Shown piece after piece: positions 24,401-27,864 of a stretch of 64,000 nucleotides of DNA. How positions within the stretch are numbered: the stretch's first letter is position 1; each line of letters begins with the position of its first letter. The stretch lies in assembly GCA_963669175.1 (NCBI GenBank), contig OY769902.1, forward strand, positions 4,384,001 to 4,448,000. Direction: 5' to 3'. Origin of the DNA: a bacterium. GTDB lineage: Bacteria > Electryoneota > Electryoneia > Electryoneales > Electryoneaceae. A model generated the notes under the pieces. It was given only the letters and a program-made list of their open reading frames with translations, was not told where the DNA came from and made no database searches. Made by a program: the position numbers and the translations under genes.

Positions 24401-25132
24401 ATAGGTTACACGATAGCCGGGAGTATATGCCGGAATATCAAAGTGGTATTCATCGCCAGTCTGGTAGTCAAACTGTGCCTGCAGGGTGTCACTGTCGTTG
24501 ACCTTGTAATACAAGTTTGCAAAGCTCACCCCGCTTCGGTCGCGGATTATGAAAGTAGCATCAAAGGGACCGTCAATGGCGGAATCAACCGGAACTTCGT
24601 TGTGAAGTACTAACGGCGGGCTGACATCGTCAACCGTAATCGTGATAGTAACATCGTCAATCCAGATACCATCCGCGATGGAAGCCTGGTCTGTATCAAA
24701 ACGGTACCGCACACGTACATCATTGTTGCCGATATACCCTTCCAGGTCAACATGATATTCTGTCCACGTCAGGTCTGTGCCATGATAGACAGCTTCCTGA
24801 TTCCAGGAAAAACCTGCATCGGTAGAGATATCCACGTACCAGAAGTCAAAATTCAGTTCCGTATCATATCGAGCCCAGAATGTCAGCTCACACCCCAGGA
24901 TTGCCTGATCGAGATCCTCGCCGGTTACCATTTCAATGGTCTTGTACTCCAGGTTCCCGTAATCAGCGCCAGGACTCTCCGTAATGCACCAGGAGCCCGA
25001 GTGCGCCTGCTCATTCGTACGCACCCAGTCCCCGGTCCATTGGGACAAATCGGTCTCAAAGTCATCGCTGAATGACCATGCAGCGCTGACCGTGACCAAT
25101 AGTAAAACGCAAACCAGAAACAAATTTCTCAT
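1..25132 (-). CDS. Giant exported repetitive surface protein (>=8,377 aa, 3'-truncated by the window edge): signal peptide, non-repetitive head, ~78-79 FnIII-like repeats
   Basis: ATG at 25132 with GGAGG 9 nt upstream, translating MRNLFLVCVLLLVTVSAAWS-FSDDFETDLSQW. The same frame gives repeat sequence where checked (about 8400-8590, and 2-60: STDPDGDDVTYEVYVSEIE). The ORF track lists no stop-terminated ORF from this start, consistent with no in-frame stop. Repeat consensus: P..F.L.SP.(D/N)G..V....V.L.W...TDPDGD.VTYDVYVS....LG......L..T.Y.FTG.D..TYYWTV.A.D..GN.T.A.QTWSF.I. Confidence 0.93.
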   Translation of the reverse strand, partial: MRNLFLVCVLLLVTVSAAWSFSDDFETDLSQWTGDWVRTNEQAHSGSWCITESPGADYGNLEYKTIEMVTGEDLDQAILGCELTFWARYDTELNFDFWYVDISTDAGFSWNQEAVYHGTDLTWTEYHVDLEGYIGNNDVRVRYRFDTDQASIADGIWIDDVTITITVDDVSPPLVLHNEVPVDSAIDGPFDATFIIRDRSGVSFANLYYKVNDSDTLQAQFDYQTGDEYHFDIPAYTPGYRVTYWIEAGDGWTPQNISTYGPWQYYCGTMLTYDDGVNDNDVIVNLNGGQEYAVQFTPSGAADVYIAAILYGFYRDANRHIDSVDCMIWDNSGGWPNNQLTPDIPVYPENTLSTPYAVTRVDMVPYNLMVTTDFHAGFRYRSDRPYILADNPGVANRSEQNNGTWSNLNRDLHIRALLGDIYAYLPNNPTAFALQTPGNTDTVNTTSVLVNWTESTDTDANDYVRYDLEWSVNSDFSASSSVTVSDTFYTITGLSDNTTYYWRVKSRDAFNNEVWADPGDTGYSFHIYTFENPNVFDLSSPVNGTTSNASGVALTWDAATDPDPDDVITYNIYVSTNAGNLGSPVATGVSGTTYTYNGADDTQYWWTIEAVDNHGLTTMANQTWWFRLDIEDAPNAFDLASPANGTVSNATAVTLTWNAATDPDGDALVYDVYVSTDAGNLGTPVVSGMTLLSYTYNGTDDQTYYWSVRARDPSNNTTMANQTWSFSIDVEDPPGAFNLLTPANGAVATAASVSLTWQASTDPDGDAVVYDVYVSTNAGNLGLPVATDVNATNYTFPGIDDQTYYWTVRAKDPNGNETPASQTWSFSINIGQPPNPFNLELPANGFTSASNIVNLSWIATTDPDPGDVVTYDVYVSTDAGNLGSPDATGLGGTSFAFTGVNNTTYYWTVRAVDIDGHETQASQTWSFTISVNNAPLAFNLTGPADGATETSSDVNLTWEATTDPDGDPVTYDVYVSLDAFDLGVPVASGINVNNYTYSGSDGQTYYWTVRADDGNGNETAANQTWSFSISLDDPPTAFDLSSPATGTVSGTSSVTLTWGAATDPEGGPITYNLYVSTDAGNLGAPVASGLSGTSNVFTGLDDTQYWWTVRAYDGNGNETQASQTWTFSIYVEENPAAFELTSPADGSTEGATAVTLQWNATTDPDGDDVTYDVYVSTDAGNLGTPVASDLSANSYVFNGTDLTTYYWTVYAKDTNGNQTQANSTWSFGIDVDYAPNAFNLLTPANGFVSSTLVVNLTWESTTDLDGEAITYDVYASTDAGNLGAPVATDLSGTSYTFAGADNATYYWTIRAKDGSNETQANQTWSFSTDEEFPPNAFDLVSPADFYISNASTTVLLDWAATTDPDGDPVVYDLYVSTVQGDLGTLVADDISATQYNYTGTDGTAYWWTVIAFDDNGNSTQANQTWKFSIFIQEVPGAFNLLDPTNTETVYTLDVPLSWEASIDPDPGDNVVYDVFVGTQIFNLAQVATGITNTTYTHTGVDGQTYYWTVDARDAVGNTTTASQTWSFTISYEPPPDAFDLSSPADGTVSPTTSVNLQWDATTDPDGGAITYDVYVSTDAGNLGASVATGLNATSYTFNGVDDTQYYWTIHALDPDGGETVANQTWSFSIYVEEAPGAFDLSSPANGNVEPAATVSLAWDASVDPDGDAVTYDVYVSTDAGNLGTPVASDLSATTYDFTGSDNTTYYWTIRAKDPNGNETPANQTWSFDIFVDDAPNAFSLASPADGSTQGAATVSLTWNAATDPEGQAITYDVYVSTDAGNLGSPVSSDQAATTYDFTGSDNTTYYWTVRAKDPAGNETQAGQTWSFDIYVEEAPGAFDLATPSNGATSTSLTTTLTWNASTDPDGDAVTYDVYVSTDAGNLGTPVASDLTVLTYDFTGNDNTTYYWTIRAKDPNGNETPANQTWSFAISYDDPPIAFSLDSPADGTVSPSTTVSLVWNSTTDPEGQAVTYDVYVSADAGNLGTPVASDLSVLTWDFTGTDDQTYYWTIRAKDENGNERQADQTWSFDTYVEEAPNAFGLVSPANGTVSATTTVELSWQSTSDPDGDNITYDVYVSTDAGNLGSPVASDLNVTVYTFTGLDDSTYYWTIRAKDTNGNETQATQTWSFSIYVEESPGAFNLTSPADGNVASSTTVTLTWEASIEPDGDDVTYDVYVSTDAGNLGSPVASDLTVLTWDFTGVDDETYYWTVHAKDTNGNETAASQTWDFSIYIEEAPSAFDLSSPADGTTQATTTVTLTWNASTDPDGDAVVYDVYVSTDAGNMGTAVATDLNVLTYDFSGSDNTTYYWTIHAKDGNGNDVPANQTWSFDIYVEEAPAAFNLASPADGTVSATTTVTLTWNATTDPDGDDVTYDLYVSTDAGNLGSPVASDLTVLTYDFTGTDDETYYWTVRAKDTNGNETPASETWSFSIYVEESPIAFDLSSPANATVSNTTTVSLVWNATTDPDGDAITYDVYVSTDAGNLGTPVASDLTVLTYNYTGIDDQTYYWTVRAKDPNGNETPANQTWSFSIYVEESPSAFDLSSPANGSTQGSTTVLLAWNASTDPDGDAVTYDVYVSTDAGNMGTPVASDLPATTWDFTGSDNTTYYWTVQAKDPNGNATDANQTWSFDIYVEEAPGAFSLTSPANASTLTSTTVSLNWAASIDPDGDAVTYDVYVSADAGNLGTPVAADLSIRTFNFTGADNQTYYWTVRAKDTNGNETQATQTWSFDIYIEESPLAFDLTSPANGTVSPATAVDLQWNATTDPDGDVVTYDVYVSTDAGNLGAPVASDLNTTTYTFNGNDDTQYWWTIRAKDTNGNETAANQTWSFSIYVEEAPTAFNLTSPANGAVSGSSTVTLSWGTSTDPDGDPITYDLYVSTDAGNLGAPVASDLSVTSYDFTGTDDETYYWTVRAKDDNGNETPANQTWSFSVYVEQAPLAFDLTSPATGSVAGATDVVLTWNATTDPDGDAVTYDVYVSTDAGNLGSPVASDLNVTTYTFSGSDDQTYYWTIRAKDPNGNETQANQTWNFSIYVEQSPNAFSLSSPADGTVSGNATVTLHWNSTTDPDGDPVTYDLYVSTDAGNLGTPVASDLSVTSYDFTGTDDETYYWTVRAKDDNGNETQATQTWSFSIYIEQAPAAFSLLTPTNGTVSGTASVALTWNATTDPDGDAVTYDVYVSTDAGNLGTPVASDLAGTTYTFNGSDNTQYWWTVRAKDPNGNVTPASQTWSFSIYVEEAPLPFTLANPADGTTFESENVTVSWNLTTDPDGDPISYDIYISTDPGDLGTPVVVGLPGPAYTYTGNDLTTYYWTVVAYDDNGNETQASQTWSFYIDIEHEPGEFDLASPVSGWISPAQTIDLVWETSVDPDGDPVTYDIFLGTTVGTMVEVASNIVDTTWEYTGSDDTQYWWTVAASDNHGNTVWADNTWNFSIYVEEAPSAFSLIAPADGFVSPDTMVALSWTASTDADGDPVSYDVYISTDPGDLGTPVASNVSSTTYTFDGEDDTQYWWTIVAKDNHSNSTPVGETRSFSIYYEQSPLAFNLTSPANGVVSGTATLSLSWATTTDPDGDAVTYDVYVSTDAGNLGTPVASDLTVTTYDFTGSDDTRYYWTIVAKDPNGNETSANQTRYFDIYVEEAPGAFNLSNPADGQVMTSISVVLQWTASVEPDGDPVVYDVYVSTDAGNLGMPVATGISATQWTWSGSDDVSYYWTVQARDNHGNSTAAGETRSFSIYIEEAPLVFNLVSPANAIVSGTATVSLSWNATTDPDGDAVTYDVYVSTDAGNLGSPVASDLTVTTYDFAGNDDTRYYWTVRAKDPNGNETPANQTRYFDIYVEEAPGAFSLSSPADGQVMPSTSVTLQWNASVDPDGDPVRYDVYVSTDAGNLGTAIATNLNATQWTYTASDDQTYYWTVRAHDNHSNETAANETRSFSIYVEQAPNAFSLSSPTNATVTASATVNLVWAATTDPDGDAITYDVYVSTDAGNLGTPVASDLTVTNYTFNGSDDTQYYWTVRAKDTNGNETQASQVWWFETYVEEAPGAFSLSAPTDGQVMPSTSVTLQWNASVDPDGDAVRYDIYVSTDAGNLGTPVAINRTATSYTYTGSDNTTYYWTVRAKDPNSNVTPASETWSFEIYVEEAPTAFNLTSPSNAAVSPTTSMDLAWDTVTDPDGDAVTYDVYVSTDAGNLGSPVASDLAAASYTFNGSDDTRYYWTVRAKDTNGNETQANQTWYFDVYVEEVPLAFNLISPANGTVSATAVVNLSWNGTTDPDGDAVTYDVYVSTDAGNLGTPVASDLTVTTYTFNGNDDTQYFWTVRASDTNGNETQASETWSFSIYVEESPAAFNLLTPGNGTTSPTLAVDLTWEAAPDPDGDDVTYDVYVSRDAGNLGTPVASDLATAAYTYIGLDDSTYYWTVKAIDSNGNETDASQTWRFMIHVEEAPLAFNMISPASGAVSPNAALTLQWQTTTDPDGDAVTYDVYVSRDAGNLGTPVASDLTTNTYLYTGDDDSTYYWTVYAKDGNGSETQAATGVWSFSIYVQEAPEAFSLLAPVNGAVRSNAAVSLQWTAAVDPDGDVVTYDVFVSSDPGDLGAPVQTGVTATSWIFNGNDDTQYWWTVRANDPSGNQTMANSTRTFSIYVEEAPDPFNLLSPADGYTSGTSTVDLVWQSSLDPDNHPVVYDLYVTTDPGNLGTAIASDLTDTTYTFTGTDDTQYWWTVIALDDQNNDTPADQTWSFEIYIEEPPSAFALATPDSGNVEPDYNVALSWTSSTDPDGDALTYDLYVSTDAGNLGAAIATGLTDTAYTFTGLDDTRYWWTVEVNDGNGNTVQASQTWSFDIDVEDIPDAFTLLTPADATVEPVATFDLVWQSTSDLDSDLITYDLYVSTDAANLGAPIAADLSDTTYSFNGSDDTQYWWTVIADDGNGNTVAASDTFSFSIYVEEFPAAFTLVSPDSGHVSGVTEIELVWTSTSDPDGDAVTYDLYLGTTLGALAAPYQSGLTDTTFDFIGADDTQYWWTVIASDANANETAAPDTFSFSIYVEEVPGVFTLVTPADGSTAPATEVLLTWDTSVDPDGDVVSYDLYLSTTPGNLGTAYQSDLADTFYAFTGIDNESYWWTVIADDGNGNTTAASDTFSFDIYVEEAPAAFSLALPDSGTTSPWFDVQLSWEFSSDADGDLLFYDVFVSTDQGNLGTPDADDLTDSTWTFTGEHGNTYWWTVRVDDGHGNIVQANELWSFTVDTSLAGQAPLAFNLASPDSGAMIPTEDVLLTWYPTTDPNGDDVVYDLYVNVATGQLFESPVATGLTNTSYTYTGIHDTPYRWTVIARDPIGNETQANQIWRFQVHTANPGNAPGAFALVAPDSGWTSPSTVVPLSWNASVDPDGDAVLYDVYVSDAEGVIGTRVAGNLAGTSYSYNGSNLDTLFWTVYAKDPDNNMTTADQTWSFNINTSTANQPPTAFALASPSDGFVSPTTDVLMTWETSTDPEGSAVSYDVYMSTVSGFLGTRVADGLTVPSYTYSGTNNTTYYWTIIAYDENGNSTYADDTWSFEIDQTQANNAPLAFNLVSPDDGWVSPSVNVLFSWESTTDPDGDAVSYEVYLSATSTDIGTRIADGLTGTSYSYTGNDGESWYWTIRAVDSFGNATASTQTRSFSINLANANQPPVAFTLASPSDGFVSPDADVLLTWGASSDPEGTTIVYDVYTSTVAGFLGTRIADDLTGSSYTFTGSDNTMFYWTVIAADEVGNTTQSTDTWSFEIDLTQANNAPVAFNLVSPDDGWVSPSTDIILSWEASTDPDGDAVSYEVYLSTTSTDIGTRIADGLTGTSYSYSGNDGEAWYWTIRAVDSFGNATESNQTRSFSINLANANQPPAAFTLASPTDGFVSPVTNVLLTWGASSDPEGTTVAYDVYASTVAGFLGTRIADDLTGSSYTFTGSDNTTYYWTVIAADEAGNTTQATDTWSFEIDLTQANNAPTAFSLAAPDSGWISPATDVLLSWEASTDPDGDALTYELYLSTTSTDIGTRIASGLTGTSYSYAGNDGETWYWTIRAVDAFGNTTQSTETWAFSINIANANQPPVAFTLASPTDGFVSPDTDVLLTWEASSDPEGTTVTYDVYASTVVGFLGTRIADDLTGTSYTYTGSDNTTYNWTVIASDEAGNTTQSTDTWSFEIDLTQANNAPAAFSLVAPDDEWVSPSTDVILSWETSTDPDGDAVTYEVYLSTTSTDIGTRIVDGLTGSSYSYSGNDGETWYWTIRAVDAFGNTTQSSESWSFSIDITNANQPPVAFTLASPTDGFVSPVTNVLMTWEASSDPEGTTVSYDVYASTVAGFLGTRIADDLTGTSYTFTGSDNTTYYWTVIASDEAGNTTQSTDTWSFEIDLTQANSAPLAFNLVSPDDGWVSPSTDVILSWENTTDPDGDAITYEVYVSPISTDIGTRIASGLTGSSYSYSGNDGETWFWTIRAVDSFGNTTQSTESWSFSVDITNANQPPDAFTLASPTDGFVSPVTDVLMTWEATTDPEGTTVTYDVYASTVAGFLGTRVADDLTGTSYTFTGSDNTTCYWTVIAADEAGNTTQSSDTWSFEIDIAQANNAPLAFSLVAPDSGWISPNTDVILSWQATTDPDGDALTYELYLSPTSTDIGTRIASGLTGTSYSYSGNDGEAWYWTVRAVDAFGNTTQSTENWAFSIDITNANQAPDAFTLASPSDGFVSPVTDVLLTWETSSDPEGASVSYDVYISTVPGFLGTRVVDGLTGTSYSHTGSDNTTYYWTVIASDEAGNTTQSTDTWSFEIDLTQANNAPLAFSLVAPDNGWVSPSTDVLLSWEATTDPDGEEVSYDVYVSDIVGFIGTQVASGLNGTSYTCSGTDGDLLYWTVIASDPNNNSTQSSETWSFSIDTGTANLAPEAFSLVSPDDGHVNPVNDVLLSWAASSDPEGGDIVYDLYLSAVSGFIGTRIASDLDGTSYTYTGADNDLFYWTVIARDEAGNATQASESWSFSIDLTQATNPPTAFSLVSPVNGFSSPNSLVNMVWQQSTDPDGGAITYDVYLSTVDGFIGTRVASGLPFTTLAYNGTPGETYWWTVMAVDASGRETQSTETWSFSIQNTVVGQPPVAFNLTAPDSGSTSPTTDVTLSWQATTDPDGDDVSYSVYVSDDPADLGTADVIDLAGTSWTFTGADGETWYWTVRASDGNGNDRQASQTWSFTIDVDLPGSAPNPFDLVGPADGSIQFFPDVDLTWHDTDDPDGDDITYDVYMSEVEGFLGSRVAQDLTDTTYTFTGNDNTQYWWTVRAVDATGRITQANQTWNFTIDVNLPATEFSLLAPDSGIISGIEDILLSWEASNDPEGNDVSYNVYVSTDLGNMGAAVVEDLEGTSWTFTGVDGEAYYWTVEAWDGHVGTTSARETWRFAINTGSVPPFNQPPAEFSLTGPDSGIVSPLTDVLLSWEPAVDPDGDDVFYEVYLSTVEGFIGSRMAGGLTATSWLYTGADGDIFYWTIRAVDENDLATLSTETWTFSIDTGTMPPANNVPNSFALTGPDDGHVSPDESVLLSWEATDDPDGDAVVYDVYVSTIEGELGTRYAANLTGTSFEFGGSEGETYWWTVRALDTYHLYTQADQTWSFSIDATQANQPPLAFDLTSPTDGYLSPMTSVDLTWAATTDPEGEAISYDVYISSVAGFLGTRFAGNLSGTSTTFTGTNGSTYYWTVIASDESNNETQSNSTRSFTINTDIAGDPPLAFHLASPDSGYISPVTDIDLSWEGTTDPDGDAVSYDVYISDDAAYLGARVANGLTGTSYTYTGVNGETSYWTIRAVDDNGMWTQASEIWSFTINTTIPGTAPVAFDLAAPDNNSTSPYENITLSWDASSDPDDGAVSYEVFVSQQLGFLGTRYASGLTGTSYEFTGTDGESYWWTIRAVDEDGMWTQANQTWSFNIDTGAAAGLAPLAFDLAGPDDGYTSPNTEVNLSWFESADPDGGDIGYDVYVSTVAGFLGTRVAGNLTGTSYSYTGVTGLDYWWTVLAVDEDGMYTQASQTWTFSIDTSIPGNAPNTFSLNSPADASVITTLAVDLAWDATTDPDGDDVTYDVYVSNILGFLGARIAGNLATNETTFNGEDGETYYWTVFAKDSDGHQTQANETWSYTINMTQVGDAPLAFDLASPDSGYVSSEVDVDLSWNATTDPDGDDVTYSVYVSTTQGAFGAPIASGLAGTSYTFTGTTGQTYWWMIRARDTNNNVTQSNQSWSFDIDVAIPGTPPLAFDLTGPDDGMVFAQESVILSWNTTTDPDGGAVTYDVYASTVENELGTRIASDLTGSGFEFFGLNNTEYWWTVRALDTDGMWTQANQTWSFSVNLGEPGSAPEDFDLASPADGSTSGSEDVELGWNASTDPDGDDVTYEVYVSEIE
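9400..23550 (-). repeat. Intragenic tandem array, 300-bp (100-aa) period, about 47 diverged units
   Basis: The motif CATCGGTGCTGACATA and variants recur every 300 bp (11701, 12001 ... 14401; 15598 ... 22498; 22801-23401) with occasional 3-bp shifts. Linker (Y)VEEAP. Confidence 0.92.
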
Positions 25133-25186
25133 GATCCCTGTCCTCCAGTCATACCTCCGGCTGGATGTAAACCTCATGATGACTGC

Positions 25187-25756
25187 TTATTGGTCGCGTG
25201 ACGACTTGTCGACCCGTCCCTCCAGCTCACGGACCGGCTGGGCATCCCTTAGCAGGGCATATCCCTGTGCGTCACCGCGAAGCTGGGCAAGAATGACACG
25301 ATCCATGTCAGTATCTGACAGGGACATAAGACGCAGACAGACAAAGCCCCCGCCCTCTTCAAATACCTTGGTATTCTCAGCTACGTAGGGAATGCTTTCA
25401 ACGCGAAAAGAACGCTCCACTTCATCAAGCGCTTCTGCTGCGTTTGCATCTTTTGACACCAGTGATGAAAGGCTGTTGACCAGATCGTAAAACCTCTGCT
25501 GTACAGCCCCGATAAGACGATCTTCAGCGGCAATTGTGGCTTGTGCGCGAGCTGCGTCCGGTGAGTTTCCATGCCCCTCACCAATCACCATTGTCTTGCC
25601 GGACTCATGCGATAGCACCGTAAGATCGGAATACGCCTGCGCCCGTGGATCCTGAGCCTCATGCGGAAGCGGGGGACGCGCTGCAACATCCAGAACCACC
25701 CCGACAAACATCATCAGAATTACCACGGTCTTGGGAAACTGGGCTAAACATTTCAT
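25187..25756 (-). CDS. Exported hypothetical protein, loosely LPP20-like
   Basis: 189 aa; AGGAGG RBS; hydrophobic N-terminus; 'VIGEGHG...ARAQATIAAEDRL' strand-then-helix pattern; ends 54 nt before the giant gene's ATG. Confidence 0.75.
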   Translation of the reverse strand: MKCLAQFPKTVVILMMFVGVVLDVAARPPLPHEAQDPRAQAYSDLTVLSHESGKTMVIGEGHGNSPDAARAQATIAAEDRLIGAVQQRFYDLVNSLSSLVSKDANAAEALDEVERSFRVESIPYVAENTKVFEEGGGFVCLRLMSLSDTDMDRVILAQLRGDAQGYALLRDAQPVRELEGRVDKSSRDQ

Positions 25757-25843
25757 CTTGTACCTCCTGCATCCCAGAGGGACGCTCTATGAAAAAACTC
25801 CTGAATCATCCATCACGGCGCTTCTCAAAGGGCTTCACTTAGG

Positions 25844-25871
25844 AATGTAAAAAAAAGGGGGCGTTTGTCAA
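25844..25871 (-). promoter_or_regulatory. Putative sigma70 promoter for the 25756/25132 operon
   Basis: Minus strand TTGACA (25871-25866), 16-nt spacer, TACATT (25849-25844); the spacer contains C5 and a T8 run. Confidence 0.6.
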
Positions 25872-25929
25872 GTGCTAAACATCACATTAACTATAAGGTT
25901 TACATGAGGATAGCTGGTATAATTGGGTA

Positions 25930-25974
25930 ATTTGGTGTTTTTGGATTTTCATAAAAGCGCTAAAAACACCAAAT
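25930..25974. repeat. Perfect 13-bp inverted repeat
   Basis: ATTTGGTGTTTTT (25930-25942) and AAAAACACCAAAT (25962-25974), 19-nt spacer. Confidence 0.7.
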
Positions 25975-26354
25975 GGCTGCAAAATTCCCACACCTTCATA
26001 CACGAAAAATCCAAAACCAACCATGATATTCTCCTCATAGCATTCTCATTCTTCTCAATAACTTTTTAATAAACAATGTTTCATGAATATCATTTCATAG
26101 TGCAATCGAATCGAAAACCAGAATTCTTGAATTCCTCCAAGCTCAATAAAAGTCAAAAAACGCTCTTTGGTTCTTTGGCGTTTTGAAATGAAGGTTTTGA
26201 CTCCGGGAGTCCTTTTCATGTGCTTGAGAATTCTCTTGAGGGCTAAGAAAAAAGCAATAGGACCGGTTATTCACCAGTCCCATGCTTGAGGGAGGGGTTA
26301 TCATCTCACGCTGCCGCGTGGTAAAATGATCTATTCACGAGAAAGCTGTCTTCT

Positions 26355-27380
26355 TCAATTTCCTTCCGCCTGATCCAGCTTATCATTACCGTTGCCATTA
26401 CCACCGCCGTTGCCATTACCACCGCCGTTGCCATTACCACCGCCATTGCCATTACCACCGCCATTGCCATTACCACCGCCATTACGTACTTCCTGACCTT
26501 CGTTGAATGCCTCATACATATCTTTCCGGGCCAGTAGATCCTGCCTTGAATACTGATCAGCATACATCAGCATGTACTCGCCTTCTAACAGGAACCACAT
26601 GGTCAGAATCGGGTCATCGTTAAGAAAACGTCCGTGCATATAATTCAATTCCGCAGCAAGAAGGTGACGCGCCAGGTTCTCAGTCGCATTATTGCCATTC
26701 TGCTCGAGGATAATCAGTGCGATTTCCATGTTGATTCCATGGAAAGGCTGCAATCCGAAGTTTGAGACACAATGGAGATAGTTCTGCAAAATCTCAGGTT
26801 CTATCTGCGCCCCGTTTTGACGCCCCTCCAATGCGAAGGTAATGTTGTGACGCCAGAAGCCCAGCCCATGACCTTCCTCATTATTTGGGCAATAGCCATC
26901 AATGGAGAGTCGAAGACCAATTTCCAACATTGTGTTGGCAGTAAGTTCAATGGAGAATTCATTTCCACCGTCAACCTCCATCCCTTGTATTGGAATGATT
27001 TCAACCCAGTATTCTGCCGGCGGAAGTTCTGAAATGAAAAAATACCCATTGGCATCAGTGTAAACTGCATGATGACTGTTCAAATAAATGTCAACATGTT
27101 CAAGCCTGATTTCACCATTATCCAATTCGCCATTATTGTTAATGTCGAAGTATGTAATTCCCGACAGCGAGAAAAGCTCATCATCTACGGGAATAACTTT
27201 GTCGGTTTCTACTTCATCAGCCTCTTGCATGGCGTTTGCATCCAGAAGTGTATTGGCAGATTCTTCAATTCCTGCCTCGTCAATATCCTCTGGACCTGAC
27301 ACTGGGTTACCCAGGTCACAGCCAACCGCAACAAACAGGATCATCAATCCCATCAGGGCAAGTGTTCTATAGCGTTTCAT
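26355..27380 (-). CDS. Lipoprotein with SdrD-B-like domain and Gly/Asn C-terminal tail
   Basis: Start moved to ATG 27380 (GGAGG RBS); lipobox AVG-C; 'SGITYFDINNNGELDNGE...TDANGYF...LPPAEY' resembles an SdrD-B repeat with an EF-hand-like loop; 'GLGFWRHN' motif. Confidence 0.8.
   Translation of the reverse strand: MKRYRTLALMGLMILFVAVGCDLGNPVSGPEDIDEAGIEESANTLLDANAMQEADEVETDKVIPVDDELFSLSGITYFDINNNGELDNGEIRLEHVDIYLNSHHAVYTDANGYFFISELPPAEYWVEIIPIQGMEVDGGNEFSIELTANTMLEIGLRLSIDGYCPNNEEGHGLGFWRHNITFALEGRQNGAQIEPEILQNYLHCVSNFGLQPFHGINMEIALIILEQNGNNATENLARHLLAAELNYMHGRFLNDDPILTMWFLLEGEYMLMYADQYSRQDLLARKDMYEAFNEGQEVRNGGGNGNGGGNGNGGGNGNGGGNGNGGGNGNGNDKLDQAEGN
26391..26480 (-). repeat. 5 x 18-bp tandem repeat encoding (GGGNGN)5
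   Basis: Plus-strand unit (G/A)TTGCCATTACCACCGCC, five near-identical copies. Confidence 0.95.
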
Positions 27381-27605
27381 GATGACCTCCTTCTTCCGAT
27401 AAACCGGAAATCGCTTCTCTTGAAAAAAAGATAACTCACCCAAAGGGAAAATGCAAGAAAAGAACACTCCAAATTGCTGTTTTTTAAAGATTTAGCATAT
27501 ACACCCTTTTATGTATTTTTCGTGTTTCGAAAACCTGGTTTTATCGTATTATTTTCTTAACACTTAAATCCGGATTGTTACAAATATTTGCCATTTTTGC
27601 TAAAG

Positions 27606-27640
27606 AAACCCCAAAAATCCTCGTAGCATTTTTGGGGTTT
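27606..27640. repeat. Perfect 13-bp inverted repeat in a divergent promoter region
   Basis: AAACCCCAAAAAT (27606-27618) and ATTTTTGGGGTTT (27628-27640), 9-nt spacer. Confidence 0.7.
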
Positions 27641-27864
27641 TCGTTTCGAATATTACATCTCCTCCTGGAGGCAATCATAAAAAAAAAGACGCAAAACAGG
27701 ATTCTTCATTGATTTTTTTATACTTATAGACGTACACACTCTCGTTGTCCATGCTCCTCTCAACCCCAAAAACGCGATAATCGCTATCCGAAATCCCGGT
27801 TGGCGTCTTACATTTTCATCAGTTATTGTTCCGCAAACTTTCGATCTGGTTCCAGGAGAAACCC

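Noticed and set aside
815-25075. Dozens of short plus-strand and off-frame minus-strand ORFs in the supplied track
   Set aside because: They are antisense or alternate-frame shadows of the giant gene and recur with its 300/309-bp period.
25129-25152. 7-codon uORF (MTGGQGS) overlapping the giant gene start
   Set aside because: Its GGAGG lies only 1 nt from the ATG, too close for initiation; probably chance.
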